Below are positions 20,050-32,650 of a DNA stretch of 45,172 nucleotides, in pieces; the first letter of the stretch is position 1; each line of letters begins with the position of its first letter. The DNA is from Deltaproteobacteria bacterium TMED58 (GTDB lineage Bacteria; Desulfobacterota_D; UBA1144). The translations under genes and the position numbers were made by a program. The stretch is taken from NCBI GenBank assembly GCA_002167555.2, contig NHDL02000002.1, positions 86,072 to 131,243 on the forward strand. Reading direction: 5' to 3'. The notes under the pieces are model-generated. The model saw only the letters and a program-made list of their open reading frames with translations. It had not been told where the DNA came from and searched no databases.

Positions 20050-21300
20050 ATGACTTTTTTAGAAAAAATAAATCAAATTGTGGATTTAAACAAAGAGAAA
20101 ATTTCAGATTGGTTTGTAAAGAAAGAATCAGAGGTGAGTCTACCCTTTTATACTTCTGTTGATTTAAGAGTTTCCGAAAATAAAATTGCTGCTGTTGATA
20201 CAAATATTTTTCCTGGTGGTTTTAATAATTTGTGTACTCAGTTTATTAATGAAGCTGCATTACTCACTAAAGAATTTAAAGCTAAAAGTCATAGCAGAAA
20301 GATTAAAAAAGTTTTAATTGTTCCGGAGCTTCACACTAGAAATAATTTTTATTGGGACAACATACTTTCTCTTATTCAAATTTTAGAAAAGGCTGATATG
20401 AAAGTTAGAGTAGGTTTGTATGAAAGTGAATTCGATAAATATGACTTCTCAGCATCTAACAATGAAAAAGTTATGGCTGCGAAGATTGTAAGAGAAAATA
20501 ATAAATTATTTTTAAAAGATTTTGAACCAGATTTAGTTTTAATTAATAACGATTTATCAGACTATTCCCCGCGTATACTTCAAGATTTGGATCAATTAGT
20601 TGTTCCACCAATAGAAGTAGGATGGCATGCAAGAAAAAAAAATATTCATTTTGAATTTTATAATAAGTTAGTTGCAGAATTCGCTGAAATGTTGTCTTTA
20701 GATCCATATAATTTTTCACTTTCTACAAAGTTAGTTGACGATATTAATTTTGATATATCTGAAGACAGGGAGAGACTTGCTGATTTGGTTAATCAGATGA
20801 TTAAAGAATTAAAAAAACACTATAATGTCAAAAAACCTTTGATTTTTATTAAAAATAATACTGGTACATATGGGATGGCGGTTATGCAGGTTCAAGATGG
20901 AAATGAGTTGTTGTCATTGAATAGAGATGGTAGAAAGAAAATGAAAGTCTCAAAAGGAGGAAGTTTCTTGAAGAATATCATTATCCAAGAAGGTGTTGAA
21001 ACTATATATACAAATAAAGAACCTGTTTATTACCTAATAAACTCTTCAGTGGCAGGTGGATTTTATAGGTCTAATGATTCGAAAAACTCTAAGCAGAATC
21101 TTAATACAAAAGGAATGTATTTTGAATGTTTATGTAAAAAGAAAGGTGAAGGGTGTAATGATATTGATTGTCAGAGATATGTCTTTCCCTCTTTAGAGGC
21201 AATTTCTCGTATTGGGTCTTTAGCTACAGGCTATGAAATTGAATACTTATTGAAAAAGAATCAAAGTTCAGATGATTCTTCACTTAGCGCTTTATTGTAA
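20050..21300 (+). CDS. gshA: Glutamate-cysteine ligase, ATP-grasp-like (Acidithiobacillus/betaproteobacterial) type
   Basis: PFYTSVDLR, VDTNIFPGGFNNL, PELHTRN, LINNDLS, GTYGM, IIQEGV, GGFYR. Confidence 0.85.
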   Translation: MTFLEKINQIVDLNKEKISDWFVKKESEVSLPFYTSVDLRVSENKIAAVDTNIFPGGFNNLCTQFINEAALLTKEFKAKSHSRKIKKVLIVPELHTRNNFYWDNILSLIQILEKADMKVRVGLYESEFDKYDFSASNNEKVMAAKIVRENNKLFLKDFEPDLVLINNDLSDYSPRILQDLDQLVVPPIEVGWHARKKNIHFEFYNKLVAEFAEMLSLDPYNFSLSTKLVDDINFDISEDRERLADLVNQMIKELKKHYNVKKPLIFIKNNTGTYGMAVMQVQDGNELLSLNRDGRKKMKVSKGGSFLKNIIIQEGVETIYTNKEPVYYLINSSVAGGFYRSNDSKNSKQNLNTKGMYFECLCKKKGEGCNDIDCQRYVFPSLEAISRIGSLATGYEIEYLLKKNQSSDDSSLSALL

Positions 21301-23003
21301 GCAATTAGCGCGTCTCTTCTTGCAAGAATCCCAAGAATTTTCTTTGATCCAGTTCTTGAAACAACAGGAAGCATGTCGCCTTTATCCCAATGTTTGAGGA
21401 CTTCTAGCATTGATTCATCAGGAGTAACAGTGTTTACATTTGTTGACGCTAAGTCTTTCATTACAATTACATCACGTAGCTCTTCTTCCAGGACCCATCC
21501 ACGGTAATCTTGAACAGTTATGATTCCTGATAGGTTATCGTCTTGATCAATTAAAGGAAATGTTGTTAAGTGAGTGGATGGTAGAAATTCAATAAATTTA
21601 CCAAGAGTCATTTTTTCTGGAATAGTTACAACTTCTTTCCTCATGATTTCATTTACTTTCATATTGCTTAATATATTTGATTCTTCGTTCTGGATAATTT
21701 CTAAGTTTTCATTTTTTAAATAGCATGCTTCAAAAGACCTACCAATGATTAGCCTATAAATTGATGTCCCAATGACAGAACTGATCATAACGGGTAGAAC
21801 CGCTTGGTATGTTTGTGTTAGTTCAAAAGTGAAAAAAATGGCAGTTAAAGGCGCCTGAGTCATAGCTGCAAGGAAAGTACCCATTCCTACAATAGAATAC
21901 GAAGTTGTTAATTCCCCTGGTATTAATTGAGGATAGAAAATTGATTCTACACCGAAGCCAAAGAGATATCCGCATATCGCACCCATAAAAATCGAAGGAG
22001 CAAATATACCTCCTGGCCAGCCGCTATTAAGAGTTATCGAGGTAGCTATGGGCTTTAATAAAAGAATTCCAATTGCTATCCAAATTGAATATTCATAAGT
22101 CATCGCTTTTCTCAGGGCATCGGATCCATCACCTAATACATCTAATCCTATACCGAAAGGAATTATTGCCAAAAGTCCCAATACTACTCCCCCTATTATT
22201 GGTCTTATTTTAAAATTTGGTACATAATCATCAAATTTCTTCTCTATAAAAAAGTGAAGTTTAGTAAAGAAAGATGATGCAAAACCAATTGCAACACCCA
22301 TGAGTGCATATATAAAAAGCTCATTGTAATTAAAGATAAGGAAATCTATTCTGGTAAATATATCTTGTTCTGTTCTAAAAAAGCCCGCAATTACCGTTGC
22401 TGTAGCAGCAGATATGACAACAGGTAAGAAGCTTCTAATTTTGATATTTCTGAGTAAAGCAACTTCTTCAACAAAAAGGACTCCTGTAATAGGAGCATTA
22501 AATGCAGCAGCAATAGCACCTGCAATTCCACAAGCAATAAATATTTTTAAGTCACTTTTCTTTATTCTAATTCTTTGCCCTACAATACTACCAATTGATC
22601 CTCCGAGTTGGGCCATAGGTCCTTCTTGGCCCACAGATCCTCCAAAACCTAAAGATACAATTTGGGAGAAACCTTTTAATATAGTTTCTTTTATTCCTAT
22701 AACTCCACTACCCCTAGAAACTGTATGAATAAATTTATGAAATTTATATCCAAGAATATCGTCCCTATCTGATAAATATGAAATAAAAAATAAAATCAAG
22801 CCCCCAACAATTGTTCCAAATATGACCATATTGCTAGATTCTAGAGGGGAAATAAATAAAAGATTAACGGTATTATATAGCCAATGAAATATAACATTAG
22901 AGAAGCCAGCACATATACCAACAATAAATCCCACTATAATGAAATAGGTGTATTGATTAGTCCAGAGATCTGAAATAGTTAAACGAATTTTTTTGCTAGG
23001 CAT
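21261..23003 (-). CDS. ClC family anion transporter/channel with CBS pair
   Basis: GGSVGQEGP, AAFNAP, GGIFAP, APLTA..FELT; C-terminal CBS domains. Confidence 0.93.
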   Translation of the reverse strand: MPSKKIRLTISDLWTNQYTYFIIVGFIVGICAGFSNVIFHWLYNTVNLLFISPLESSNMVIFGTIVGGLILFFISYLSDRDDILGYKFHKFIHTVSRGSGVIGIKETILKGFSQIVSLGFGGSVGQEGPMAQLGGSIGSIVGQRIRIKKSDLKIFIACGIAGAIAAAFNAPITGVLFVEEVALLRNIKIRSFLPVVISAATATVIAGFFRTEQDIFTRIDFLIFNYNELFIYALMGVAIGFASSFFTKLHFFIEKKFDDYVPNFKIRPIIGGVVLGLLAIIPFGIGLDVLGDGSDALRKAMTYEYSIWIAIGILLLKPIATSITLNSGWPGGIFAPSIFMGAICGYLFGFGVESIFYPQLIPGELTTSYSIVGMGTFLAAMTQAPLTAIFFTFELTQTYQAVLPVMISSVIGTSIYRLIIGRSFEACYLKNENLEIIQNEESNILSNMKVNEIMRKEVVTIPEKMTLGKFIEFLPSTHLTTFPLIDQDDNLSGIITVQDYRGWVLEEELRDVIVMKDLASTNVNTVTPDESMLEVLKHWDKGDMLPVVSRTGSKKILGILARRDALIAYNKALSEESSEL

Positions 23004-23112
23004 TGTAACTCTATAATTTTAATAATAAACTATTATAGATTTACTCTCCATAGTAATCGGTTTGACTATGACTTTTTTTCATGTGAAACTTAAGTCGTTT
23101 TAGAGGCACAAA

Positions 23113-24351
23113 ATGGCTATTGATGATCCAAATAATTATTCGTTGGGAAGTTTTTTTCTTGCATTAGCAAGCATTTTTGTAGTTGGAAAAGTTATAAGCT
23201 CGATTTTTGTCAAATTTAGACAACCCGAGGTTCTTGGTGAGCTCACTGCAGGCGTGATACTTGGTTCTCTAGCATTAATACCTTTATTAAATGAGCCCGG
23301 ATATCATGTATTTCATTTATTAGCTGAGGTTGGAGTAGCTATTCTACTTTTTGAAATAGGCCTCGAAACAGATTTAGATGATTTACTAAAAGTAGGAGTC
23401 CCTTCTTTGCTTGTAGCTATTTTAGGGATTGTAGTACCTTTTGGTCTAGGTTTTTATTCTGTCTACATATTGAATACATACTCTTTGATTAGTTTTACCT
23501 CTGACACATCTTTACTGCTCGCTGCTCTGACCATCGGCGCTACTCTTACTGCCACGAGCGTTGGAATAACTGCAAGAGTTTTGTCAGAATTAAAAAAGTT
23601 AAAAAGTATAGAATCCAAAATCATTTTGGGCGCTGCTGTTATCGATGATGTTTGTGGATTAATAATTTTAGCTGTAGTAAGCGCACTTATTACCTCTACA
23701 AACTCTGGGGGAGGTGCTACTGTTGAATTATTAACTGTGGGAATTATTTCGGCTAAGGCAATAGGATTTCTATTTATTGCAATAATACTCGGCAACCTTT
23801 TTACAAAAAAGTTATTTATTTTTATTCATAGTTTAAAAGCCAGAGGAAGTTTACTGCTCGGAGCGCTTGCTTATACTTTTGTCTTTGCCTACTTAGCTCA
23901 ACTTGCGGGTTTGGCACCAATAATAGGAGCTTTTGCCGCAGGCTTACTTTTAGCTAAAACTCACCAAAAAGATTTAATTGAAGACAGACTTAAACCAGTG
24001 GCTGATGTGTTTATACCTATTTTCTTTATTATGGTCGGATCCGCTGTTGATGTTTCTGTTTTCAATCCCTTTATAAAAGAAAATATTGCGGTTATAATTT
24101 TAGCTTTAGTTTTATTTATAATTGCTGTGATAGGTAAATTAGTTAGTGGCTTGGGTGCTTATTCTTTAAAAGCAAATAAGCTAGTAATAGGAATCGGAAT
24201 GATACCGAGAGGAGAAGTAGGACTTATTTTCGCTTCAATGGGACTTGCTACAGGAGTCTTAGGCAGTAGTGATTATTCAGCTCTTACAGTAATGGTTATG
24301 TTGACAACTTTTATAGCTCCACCTCTCCTTTATCGTTTCTTTAGAGATTAG
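23113..24351 (+). CDS. CPA2 cation:proton antiporter
   Basis: LGEL..G, LLFEIGLE, ATSVGIT, AAVIDD, GMIPRGEVGL. Confidence 0.93.
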   Translation: MAIDDPNNYSLGSFFLALASIFVVGKVISSIFVKFRQPEVLGELTAGVILGSLALIPLLNEPGYHVFHLLAEVGVAILLFEIGLETDLDDLLKVGVPSLLVAILGIVVPFGLGFYSVYILNTYSLISFTSDTSLLLAALTIGATLTATSVGITARVLSELKKLKSIESKIILGAAVIDDVCGLIILAVVSALITSTNSGGGATVELLTVGIISAKAIGFLFIAIILGNLFTKKLFIFIHSLKARGSLLLGALAYTFVFAYLAQLAGLAPIIGAFAAGLLLAKTHQKDLIEDRLKPVADVFIPIFFIMVGSAVDVSVFNPFIKENIAVIILALVLFIIAVIGKLVSGLGAYSLKANKLVIGIGMIPRGEVGLIFASMGLATGVLGSSDYSALTVMVMLTTFIAPPLLYRFFRD

Positions 24352-24353
24352 TA

Positions 24354-24866
24354 ATGAATAGTTTTTTTATTTTTTTAGTTTTATTTACTTTTGATGCTGT
24401 TGCAGCTGATTCCTCCAATGTCTTATCCGTTGATAGTACTTTTTTTATTGAACTAGGAATTTTTATTTTTATAATCCTTTTTTTAAATAAGTTCTTATTT
24501 CAGCCACTTCTTGATTTAAAGGAAAATCGTGATGTGGAAACTTCTGTCAGAATTGAAAGAGCCAAAAGTATGGACGAACAAGCTATTGAAATCGAGAAGG
24601 ACTATAAAAAAAGAATATCGGATTTCAAGATTGAGATTGAAAATTCATCAAATGATAAGATTACTGAAGCCAAGAAACAGGCCGAGGACCTAATTAGAAA
24701 AGCCAAAGACCAATCGTTAATGGAAATTGAAAATGCTAGGAAGAACCTAAATTCTGAATTATATTTAAAGATAGCTGATATTAGTATTGATGATATAGGC
24801 AAAGAAGATAGTGAAGTAGCTAAAAAAATAAAAGAATTAGTGTCTGAAATAAAAGGGAAACTTTAA
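24354..24866 (+). CDS. ATP synthase F0 subunit b' with signal-peptide-like N-terminus
   Basis: TM followed by LNKFLFQP.....R and a coiled coil; first of two b-like genes. Confidence 0.8.
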   Translation: MNSFFIFLVLFTFDAVAADSSNVLSVDSTFFIELGIFIFIILFLNKFLFQPLLDLKENRDVETSVRIERAKSMDEQAIEIEKDYKKRISDFKIEIENSSNDKITEAKKQAEDLIRKAKDQSLMEIENARKNLNSELYLKIADISIDDIGKEDSEVAKKIKELVSEIKGKL

Positions 24867-24869
24867 ACT

Positions 24870-25385
24870 ATGTCTGAAGAAATTAATATCGCTGGTCAGT
24901 TAAAATTTGCTTCGCAGCACCTTTTTAACTTAATTGTCTTCATAGGCATCTTATATTATTTTTTAAAAGATATTGTCGTCAAGTTTTTTTCGAGTAGGAG
25001 TTTAAAAATTAGTAAGGAAATACAAGAAGCAAATGCAGTAATCGAAACTTCTCAAGAAGCATATAATATTAGTTCTCAGAAAATAAGCCTTATTGATTCT
25101 GAACTTACAGAATTGAGAAATTCAATAGATTTGACTACGAATCGTAAAACTTCAGAAATAATTGATAATGCAAATATTATTGCAAAAAAAATTAAGACAG
25201 ATACTGAAGATATTATAAAGCTCGAGTCTTTGAGACTGAAACTAGAAGTAGAAAGTATTATCCTAGAAAAGTCTTTAGAGATAGCAAAGTTAGAGATTAG
25301 AAAAGAAATAAATGATGAAAAAGATATACAATTAATATCATCCTTTTTAAGCGAGGTAAAGCAGAATGCCATCAGCAACAGTTAA
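24870..25385 (+). CDS. atpF: ATP synthase F0 subunit b
   Basis: N-terminal TM (FNLIVF.GILYYF), FF..R, coiled coil; operon position. Confidence 0.82.
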   Translation: MSEEINIAGQLKFASQHLFNLIVFIGILYYFLKDIVVKFFSSRSLKISKEIQEANAVIETSQEAYNISSQKISLIDSELTELRNSIDLTTNRKTSEIIDNANIIAKKIKTDTEDIIKLESLRLKLEVESIILEKSLEIAKLEIRKEINDEKDIQLISSFLSEVKQNAISNS

Positions 25386-25908
25386 TGATTTTTTTATTGC
25401 TCTAACTTCTGAGGCCTCATCCAAAGAAAATTTAGAAAAGGTTTATCTAGGTCTTTCAAATTTTGTCCGTGCTTTTGACAATGATAAGAATATAAGACTT
25501 TGTTTAATTAACGATATATACCCCTCTGCAGTTAAGAACGATTTGATTTCTCAAATAGTTTCTGAGTGTGAATCGACGAGGAAGTTTCTTGAAGTTATTA
25601 TTGAATTTAATCTTCTCAAGTCCTTTGTTGAATCAAGAGAGTTTTTTTTAAAAAAACTCAGAAAACTTTTAGGTAAGGTTAAAATTGAAGTTGTAACTGT
25701 TAATGTCTCCCAAAAAGATAAATTAGATTTTATTAAATCACAATTAGAGGGAATTTGGGGAACTAACCTCGAACTTTCATTCAAAGAAAACCAAGAAATA
25801 TTAGGCGGAATAGTTTTACAAGTGGAAGATAAGTATTTTGATGGTTCCATATTAGGAAAAGTTAATGAATTAAAAAAAATAAACATAAAAGGAGAATTCA
25901 ATGTCTGA
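25366..25908 (+). CDS. atpH: ATP synthase delta subunit (divergent)
   Basis: C-terminal ILGGIVL......DGS; directly before atpA. Confidence 0.85.
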   Translation: MPSATVNDFFIALTSEASSKENLEKVYLGLSNFVRAFDNDKNIRLCLINDIYPSAVKNDLISQIVSECESTRKFLEVIIEFNLLKSFVESREFFLKKLRKLLGKVKIEVVTVNVSQKDKLDFIKSQLEGIWGTNLELSFKENQEILGGIVLQVEDKYFDGSILGKVNELKKINIKGEFNV

Positions 25909-27406
25909 TATTAACGTCCAAAATATAAGTGAGCAACTAAGACAAAAAATTCAAGGATTTCAGTCAAGCTTCAAATCTTCAGAGGTAGGTACTGTGACAA
26001 CTGTTGGAGATGGTATCGCAAAAGTTTATGGCTTAGATGAAGCTATGGCTGGAGAGTTGGTTACATTTGATAGTGGTGTTTTTGGTTTAATTCTTAACCT
26101 AGAAGAAGATAGTGTAGGTGTTGCAATCTTTGGTGCTGACGAATTAGTTATTGAAGGTGATAAAGTAAAAAGGACCGGAGAAATTGCACGTGTTGGGGTA
26201 TCTGATTCTATGCTCGGTCGTGTTGTAGATGGCTTAGGAAAACCAATCGATGGTAAAGGTGATGTCGTAACTGATGAGTTTAAAACTGTTGAAATTAAAG
26301 CCCCCGGCGTTGTTGCTAGGAAGTCAGTAAATGAACCTTTGCAAACTGGGATAAAAGCTATTGACTCAATGATTCCTATAGGAAGAGGCCAGAGAGAACT
26401 TATTCTGGGGGATAGACAAACAGGTAAAACTGCTATTGCTATCGATACAATAATCAATCAAAAAGGAAAGGGAGTATATTGTATTTACGTTGCTATAGGA
26501 CAGAAGCAATCAACTGTCGCCCAAGTTGTGGAAAAATTAAAAGAGAATGGAGCTTTAGAGTATACAACGGTAGTCGCGGCAAATGCCAGCGATCCGGCAC
26601 CATATCAATTCTTGGCACCCTTCACAGGTTGTGCTATAGGTGAGCATTTTAGAGATTCCGGTAGACATGCATTAGTTATTTATGACGATCTCACAAAACA
26701 TGCATATTCTTACAGACAATTATCTCTCTTGCTTAGAAGACCTCCGGGTAGGGAAGCTTACCCTGGTGACGTTTTCTATCTTCATTCTAGATTGCTCGAA
26801 AGAGCTGCAAAAATGAGTGACGAAAATGGTGGAGGTTCTTTAACTGCTTTGCCAATAATTGAAACTCAAGCTGGAGATGTTTCAGCCTATATTCCTACTA
26901 ATGTTATATCAATTACCGATGGCCAAATATATTTAGAAACTGACCTTTTTTATTCCGGCGTTAGACCTGCTATTAATGTTGGGCTATCTGTATCAAGAGT
27001 AGGAGGCTCAGCTCAAGTGAAAAGTATGAAAAAAGTTGCAGGTACGCTCAGATTAGACTTAGCTCAGTATAGGGAAGTTGAAGCGTTTTCTGCCTTCGCT
27101 TCTGATTTAGATGAAGCAACAAAAGCTCAATTAAAAAGGGGCTCTAGATTAGTTGAAGCTTTAAAGCAAGGCCAATATGTTCCACTTCCTGTAGAAAAGC
27201 AAGTCTTACTTTCTTTTGCTGTAACCAATGGATTTGCAGATGAGATTGAGGTCGAAAAAATTGGTGACTTTGAAGAAAAACTTTATGATTACTTTGAGTC
27301 TTCACATAGAGATTTGTTAGATAAACTTCAAACAGATTACTCAGATGAAATTATCTCAGAATTAAAAGCATCTCTAGAAAAGTTCAAAGGAGTGTATACA
27401 ACATAA
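25901..27406 (+). CDS. atpA: ATP synthase alpha subunit
   Basis: [31 protein letters not shown]. Confidence 0.99.
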   Translation: MSDINVQNISEQLRQKIQGFQSSFKSSEVGTVTTVGDGIAKVYGLDEAMAGELVTFDSGVFGLILNLEEDSVGVAIFGADELVIEGDKVKRTGEIARVGVSDSMLGRVVDGLGKPIDGKGDVVTDEFKTVEIKAPGVVARKSVNEPLQTGIKAIDSMIPIGRGQRELILGDRQTGKTAIAIDTIINQKGKGVYCIYVAIGQKQSTVAQVVEKLKENGALEYTTVVAANASDPAPYQFLAPFTGCAIGEHFRDSGRHALVIYDDLTKHAYSYRQLSLLLRRPPGREAYPGDVFYLHSRLLERAAKMSDENGGGSLTALPIIETQAGDVSAYIPTNVISITDGQIYLETDLFYSGVRPAINVGLSVSRVGGSAQVKSMKKVAGTLRLDLAQYREVEAFSAFASDLDEATKAQLKRGSRLVEALKQGQYVPLPVEKQVLLSFAVTNGFADEIEVEKIGDFEEKLYDYFESSHRDLLDKLQTDYSDEIISELKASLEKFKGVYTT

Positions 27407-27407
27407 A

Positions 27408-29685
<2,278 letters not shown>

Positions 29686-29686
29686 T

Positions 29687-29956
29687 ATGAGTGATTTTTT
29701 CGATTTAACTATATATTCTCCTGAAGATATTATTTTTAATAATCAGGCTGTAGAACTGAATGCAACAAATTCAGTTGGTGACTTTGGAATTTTACCTGGA
29801 CATACTTTTTTCTCTTCAAATATTATTTCCTGTAATTTAACATTTAAGAGTAAGGAAGGGACCCTTAAAAAGTACAAGGTGGGCCCAGGCCTAATTAGCG
29901 TGAAATCAGATAAAGTTATTGTTGTTTTGGAAACGGCAGAAAATATAAATATATAG
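29687..29956 (+). CDS. atpC: ATP synthase epsilon subunit, beta-sandwich only
   Basis: SPE, GDFGILPGH; ends at 89 aa. Confidence 0.88.
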   Translation: MSDFFDLTIYSPEDIIFNNQAVELNATNSVGDFGILPGHTFFSSNIISCNLTFKSKEGTLKKYKVGPGLISVKSDKVIVVLETAENINI

Positions 29957-29960
29957 AGTA

Positions 29961-31280
29961 TTATTCGTAGTAATAGTCTAATCCGAGATGATCAATGTTC
30001 TTTTCTCCAGCTAAAAATCTCAAAGTATTTTTAAGTTTCATAGATTGAATAAATACATCGTGTTCCGGATAAAGCTTTGACCCTACCATTGGGCTTTTAA
30101 AGTAAAAAGACATCCATTCTTGGATACCATCCATTCCTGCTCTTTGAGCTAAATCCATAAATATAATTAAGTCTAAAACTATAGGTGCAGCTAATATGCT
30201 ATCTCTACATAAGAAATTAACTTTGATTTGCATCTCATATCCTAGCCAACCAAATATATCAATATTATCCCATGCTTCTTTCTGATCTCCTCGTGGAGGA
30301 TAATAATTAATTCTGACTTTATGATAATAATCTCCATATAGCTCTTTATTGATTTCTGGTTGAAATATATGCTCTAATACACTTAACTTACTTTCTTCTT
30401 TAGTTTTAAAATTCTTTGGATTATCGAGAACCTCTCCATCTCTATTACCTAGAATATTTGTTGAAAACCATCCATTTAATCCTAGTAATCTACTTTTAAT
30501 CCCAGGAGCAAGTATTGTTTTCATTAAAGTTTGTCCAGTTTTAAAATCTTTACCTGCTATTGGAACCTTATTATTTTTGCTTAATTTTTCTAAAGCTGGT
30601 ATGTCAACAGAAAGGTTAGGGGCACCATTTGCGTATGCGGCACCACACTTGATAGCAGCATAAGCATATATCATGCTGGGCGATATAAATTTGCTGTTCT
30701 TTTTTAGACCATCTTCAAAGCTTTTTATAGTTTCGTGGACACTGCTTTTTTTAAGAAAAATTTCAGTACTTCCACACCAAATCATTACAAGTCTATCAAT
30801 GTTCTTTTCCTTTTTAAAAGTTTTGATTTCATTTATTAATTCATTGGCTAATTTAAAATAATTTTTTTCTTTTTTTATATTTTTTCCATTTAGGTTTTCT
30901 GCAAACTTTTTATTAAATACTGCCTTTCCTGGCTTAATCATTTCAAGCTCACTTTTAACTTCCTCAACCAAAGACCCATCTAAAACACCGGCCTTTTTAG
31001 TTGCTTTATAGCAGTCATCTGAGTAGACATCCCATCCAAAAAATTCTAAATTTTCGACTTTTGCTAAATCTACTAAGTCTTTGATTAAGGGTGATTTTTT
31101 TTCAGTGCGTTTACCTATTCTTATGGTCCCCATTTGAGACAATGAGCCAAACAACTTCCCATTTCCTTTTTTGTATAGTTCTATGCCTGCAATGAAAGTT
31201 GTGCTGACCGCTCCACCAATACCAGGTATTAAAACGCCTAATTTTCCTTTGGGTTTTGAAATCTTGAATTTCTTTTTCAT
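29961..31280 (-). CDS. ino1: myo-inositol-1-phosphate synthase
   Basis: GKDFKTGQT, WFSTNILGNRDG, YYPPRGD.KEAWD, CRDSILAAP, YFKSP; start at ATG 31280 avoids overlap with rpsI. Confidence 0.95.
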   Translation of the reverse strand: MKKKFKISKPKGKLGVLIPGIGGAVSTTFIAGIELYKKGNGKLFGSLSQMGTIRIGKRTEKKSPLIKDLVDLAKVENLEFFGWDVYSDDCYKATKKAGVLDGSLVEEVKSELEMIKPGKAVFNKKFAENLNGKNIKKEKNYFKLANELINEIKTFKKEKNIDRLVMIWCGSTEIFLKKSSVHETIKSFEDGLKKNSKFISPSMIYAYAAIKCGAAYANGAPNLSVDIPALEKLSKNNKVPIAGKDFKTGQTLMKTILAPGIKSRLLGLNGWFSTNILGNRDGEVLDNPKNFKTKEESKLSVLEHIFQPEINKELYGDYYHKVRINYYPPRGDQKEAWDNIDIFGWLGYEMQIKVNFLCRDSILAAPIVLDLIIFMDLAQRAGMDGIQEWMSFYFKSPMVGSKLYPEHDVFIQSMKLKNTLRFLAGEKNIDHLGLDYYYE

Positions 31281-31293
31281 TGTTTCGAGACTT

Positions 31294-31680
31294 CTATCTT
31301 TTAGAGAACTGTTGACCTCTTCTGGCTTTTCTTTTTCCATATTTTTTACTCTCAACCATTCTGGAATCTCGAGTAAGAAGGCCTTTAGGCTTTAATTTAG
31401 ATCGAAAAGATTCATTATATAAAAGAATTGCTTTAGATATTCCAAGCCTAACAGCTCCTGATTGACCACTTAGCCCACCACCTAAAACGGATATATTAAA
31501 ATTGAAGTCATTATCTGTTTCTGTAACACTTAGGGCTTCTGTTGCATTCTTTACCCAGAATTCTCTAGGAAAATATTCCTTTATATCTCTTTTATTAATT
31601 GTAATATGACCATCACCTTTTGTAAGCCATACTTTAGCGATAGAGTTTTTTCTTCTTCCTGTAGCGTAATATTTATCCAA
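31294..31680 (-). CDS. rpsI: 30S ribosomal protein S9
   Basis: TGRRK, GGGLSGQ, QFSKR; TTG start. Confidence 0.98.
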   Translation of the reverse strand: MDKYYATGRRKNSIAKVWLTKGDGHITINKRDIKEYFPREFWVKNATEALSVTETDNDFNFNISVLGGGLSGQSGAVRLGISKAILLYNESFRSKLKPKGLLTRDSRMVESKKYGKRKARRGQQFSKR

Positions 31681-31681
31681 T

Positions 31682-32083
31682 TTAAACCTCTATAGCCTTT
31701 GGATTCTGACCCTGATGAGGATGAGATGAATCTTTATAGACTTTTAATCTTTTCATAAATATGCTTTGCCATTTATTTTTTGGAAGCATACCTTTAACAG
31801 CTTTTCGTAAAACTTCTGTTGAATCCTTTTCCATTAAATCACCAGCTTTTGTACTTCTGAGACCGCCAGGGTAGCCAGTATTTTTGTAGTAAAATTTATG
31901 CTCTAATTTATTACCAGTAAATTTTATCTCATTTGAATTCACTATAATTACAAAGTCTCCATTATCACAACCTGGAGTATAATCAGATTTATTTTTACCT
32001 ATTAAAATACTTGCAACTTTGGTAGCCAACCTTCCTACAATCTTATCTTTAGCATCTAATAGTAGCCATTCTTTATTGCTCAT
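31682..32083 (-). CDS. rplM: 50S ribosomal protein L13
   Basis: W..DA....GRLA, GK.K..YTP..D.GD, GYPGG, GMLPKN; SD aagga. Confidence 0.98.
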   Translation of the reverse strand: MSNKEWLLLDAKDKIVGRLATKVASILIGKNKSDYTPGCDNGDFVIIVNSNEIKFTGNKLEHKFYYKNTGYPGGLRSTKAGDLMEKDSTEVLRKAVKGMLPKNKWQSIFMKRLKVYKDSSHPHQGQNPKAIEV

Positions 32084-32147
32084 AACTTTCCTTAATTAAA
32101 TGAAATTAAGCTATTATAGTACTGTAATGTTGTTGTAAGTCAATAAT

Positions 32148-32172
32148 AGTTTTGAGTGAAATAGTCATTTTT
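32148..32172 (+). promoter_or_regulatory. Putative IscR type-1-like operator
   Basis: Core TTGAgTGAAATAGTCA (32152-32167) against YYGACTRWWWYAGTCR has one mismatch; flanks match poorly. Confidence 0.5.
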
Positions 32173-32209
32173 ATCGGTTATATTATCTTTATGAATATGG
32201 GGAGATACA

Positions 32210-32629
32210 TTGCAGGTAAGTAAGTCCTTAGACTATGCTGTTCGTTCTTTAACTTATATAGCTAAAGAAAAAGCAAACGTCTTTACAATTAGAGATATTT
32301 CTGAAAAACAGCACATACCACAGAATTATTTGGCAAAGATTATGAGGAAGCTTGTTCAAAAAGGTCTTTTGAGCTCTTCACCCGGTCCCGAAGGTGGGTA
32401 TTCTTTGAGAAAGTCTACTGACGAAATTTCGCTTAAAGATGTATATGAAGCAATAGAAGGAGATATGCAGCTAATAGATTGCATGGAAAAAAATGTTGTC
32501 TGTGAACTGTTTAATTCATGTAGTCAAAGATCAGTTTGGGACCATCTTCAATTACATACTCTGAATTTTCTTAATGATATTTCCGTAGAAGATATTGCTT
32601 CTAATAATTTTAAAATGAAAACTAAGTAA
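32210..32629 (+). CDS. Rrf2/IscR-like Fe-S regulator
   Basis: DYAVR, YLAKI, GPEGGY, C-x6-C-x5-C followed by W.H. Confidence 0.9.
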   Translation: MQVSKSLDYAVRSLTYIAKEKANVFTIRDISEKQHIPQNYLAKIMRKLVQKGLLSSSPGPEGGYSLRKSTDEISLKDVYEAIEGDMQLIDCMEKNVVCELFNSCSQRSVWDHLQLHTLNFLNDISVEDIASNNFKMKTK

Positions 32630-32650
32630 TAGTGAGGGGGAGATTAAGGG

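Noticed and set aside
21261-21300. 40-bp convergent overlap of gshA and ClC as a regulatory device
   Set aside because: Low-information tails; most simply stop-codon drift in a compact genome.
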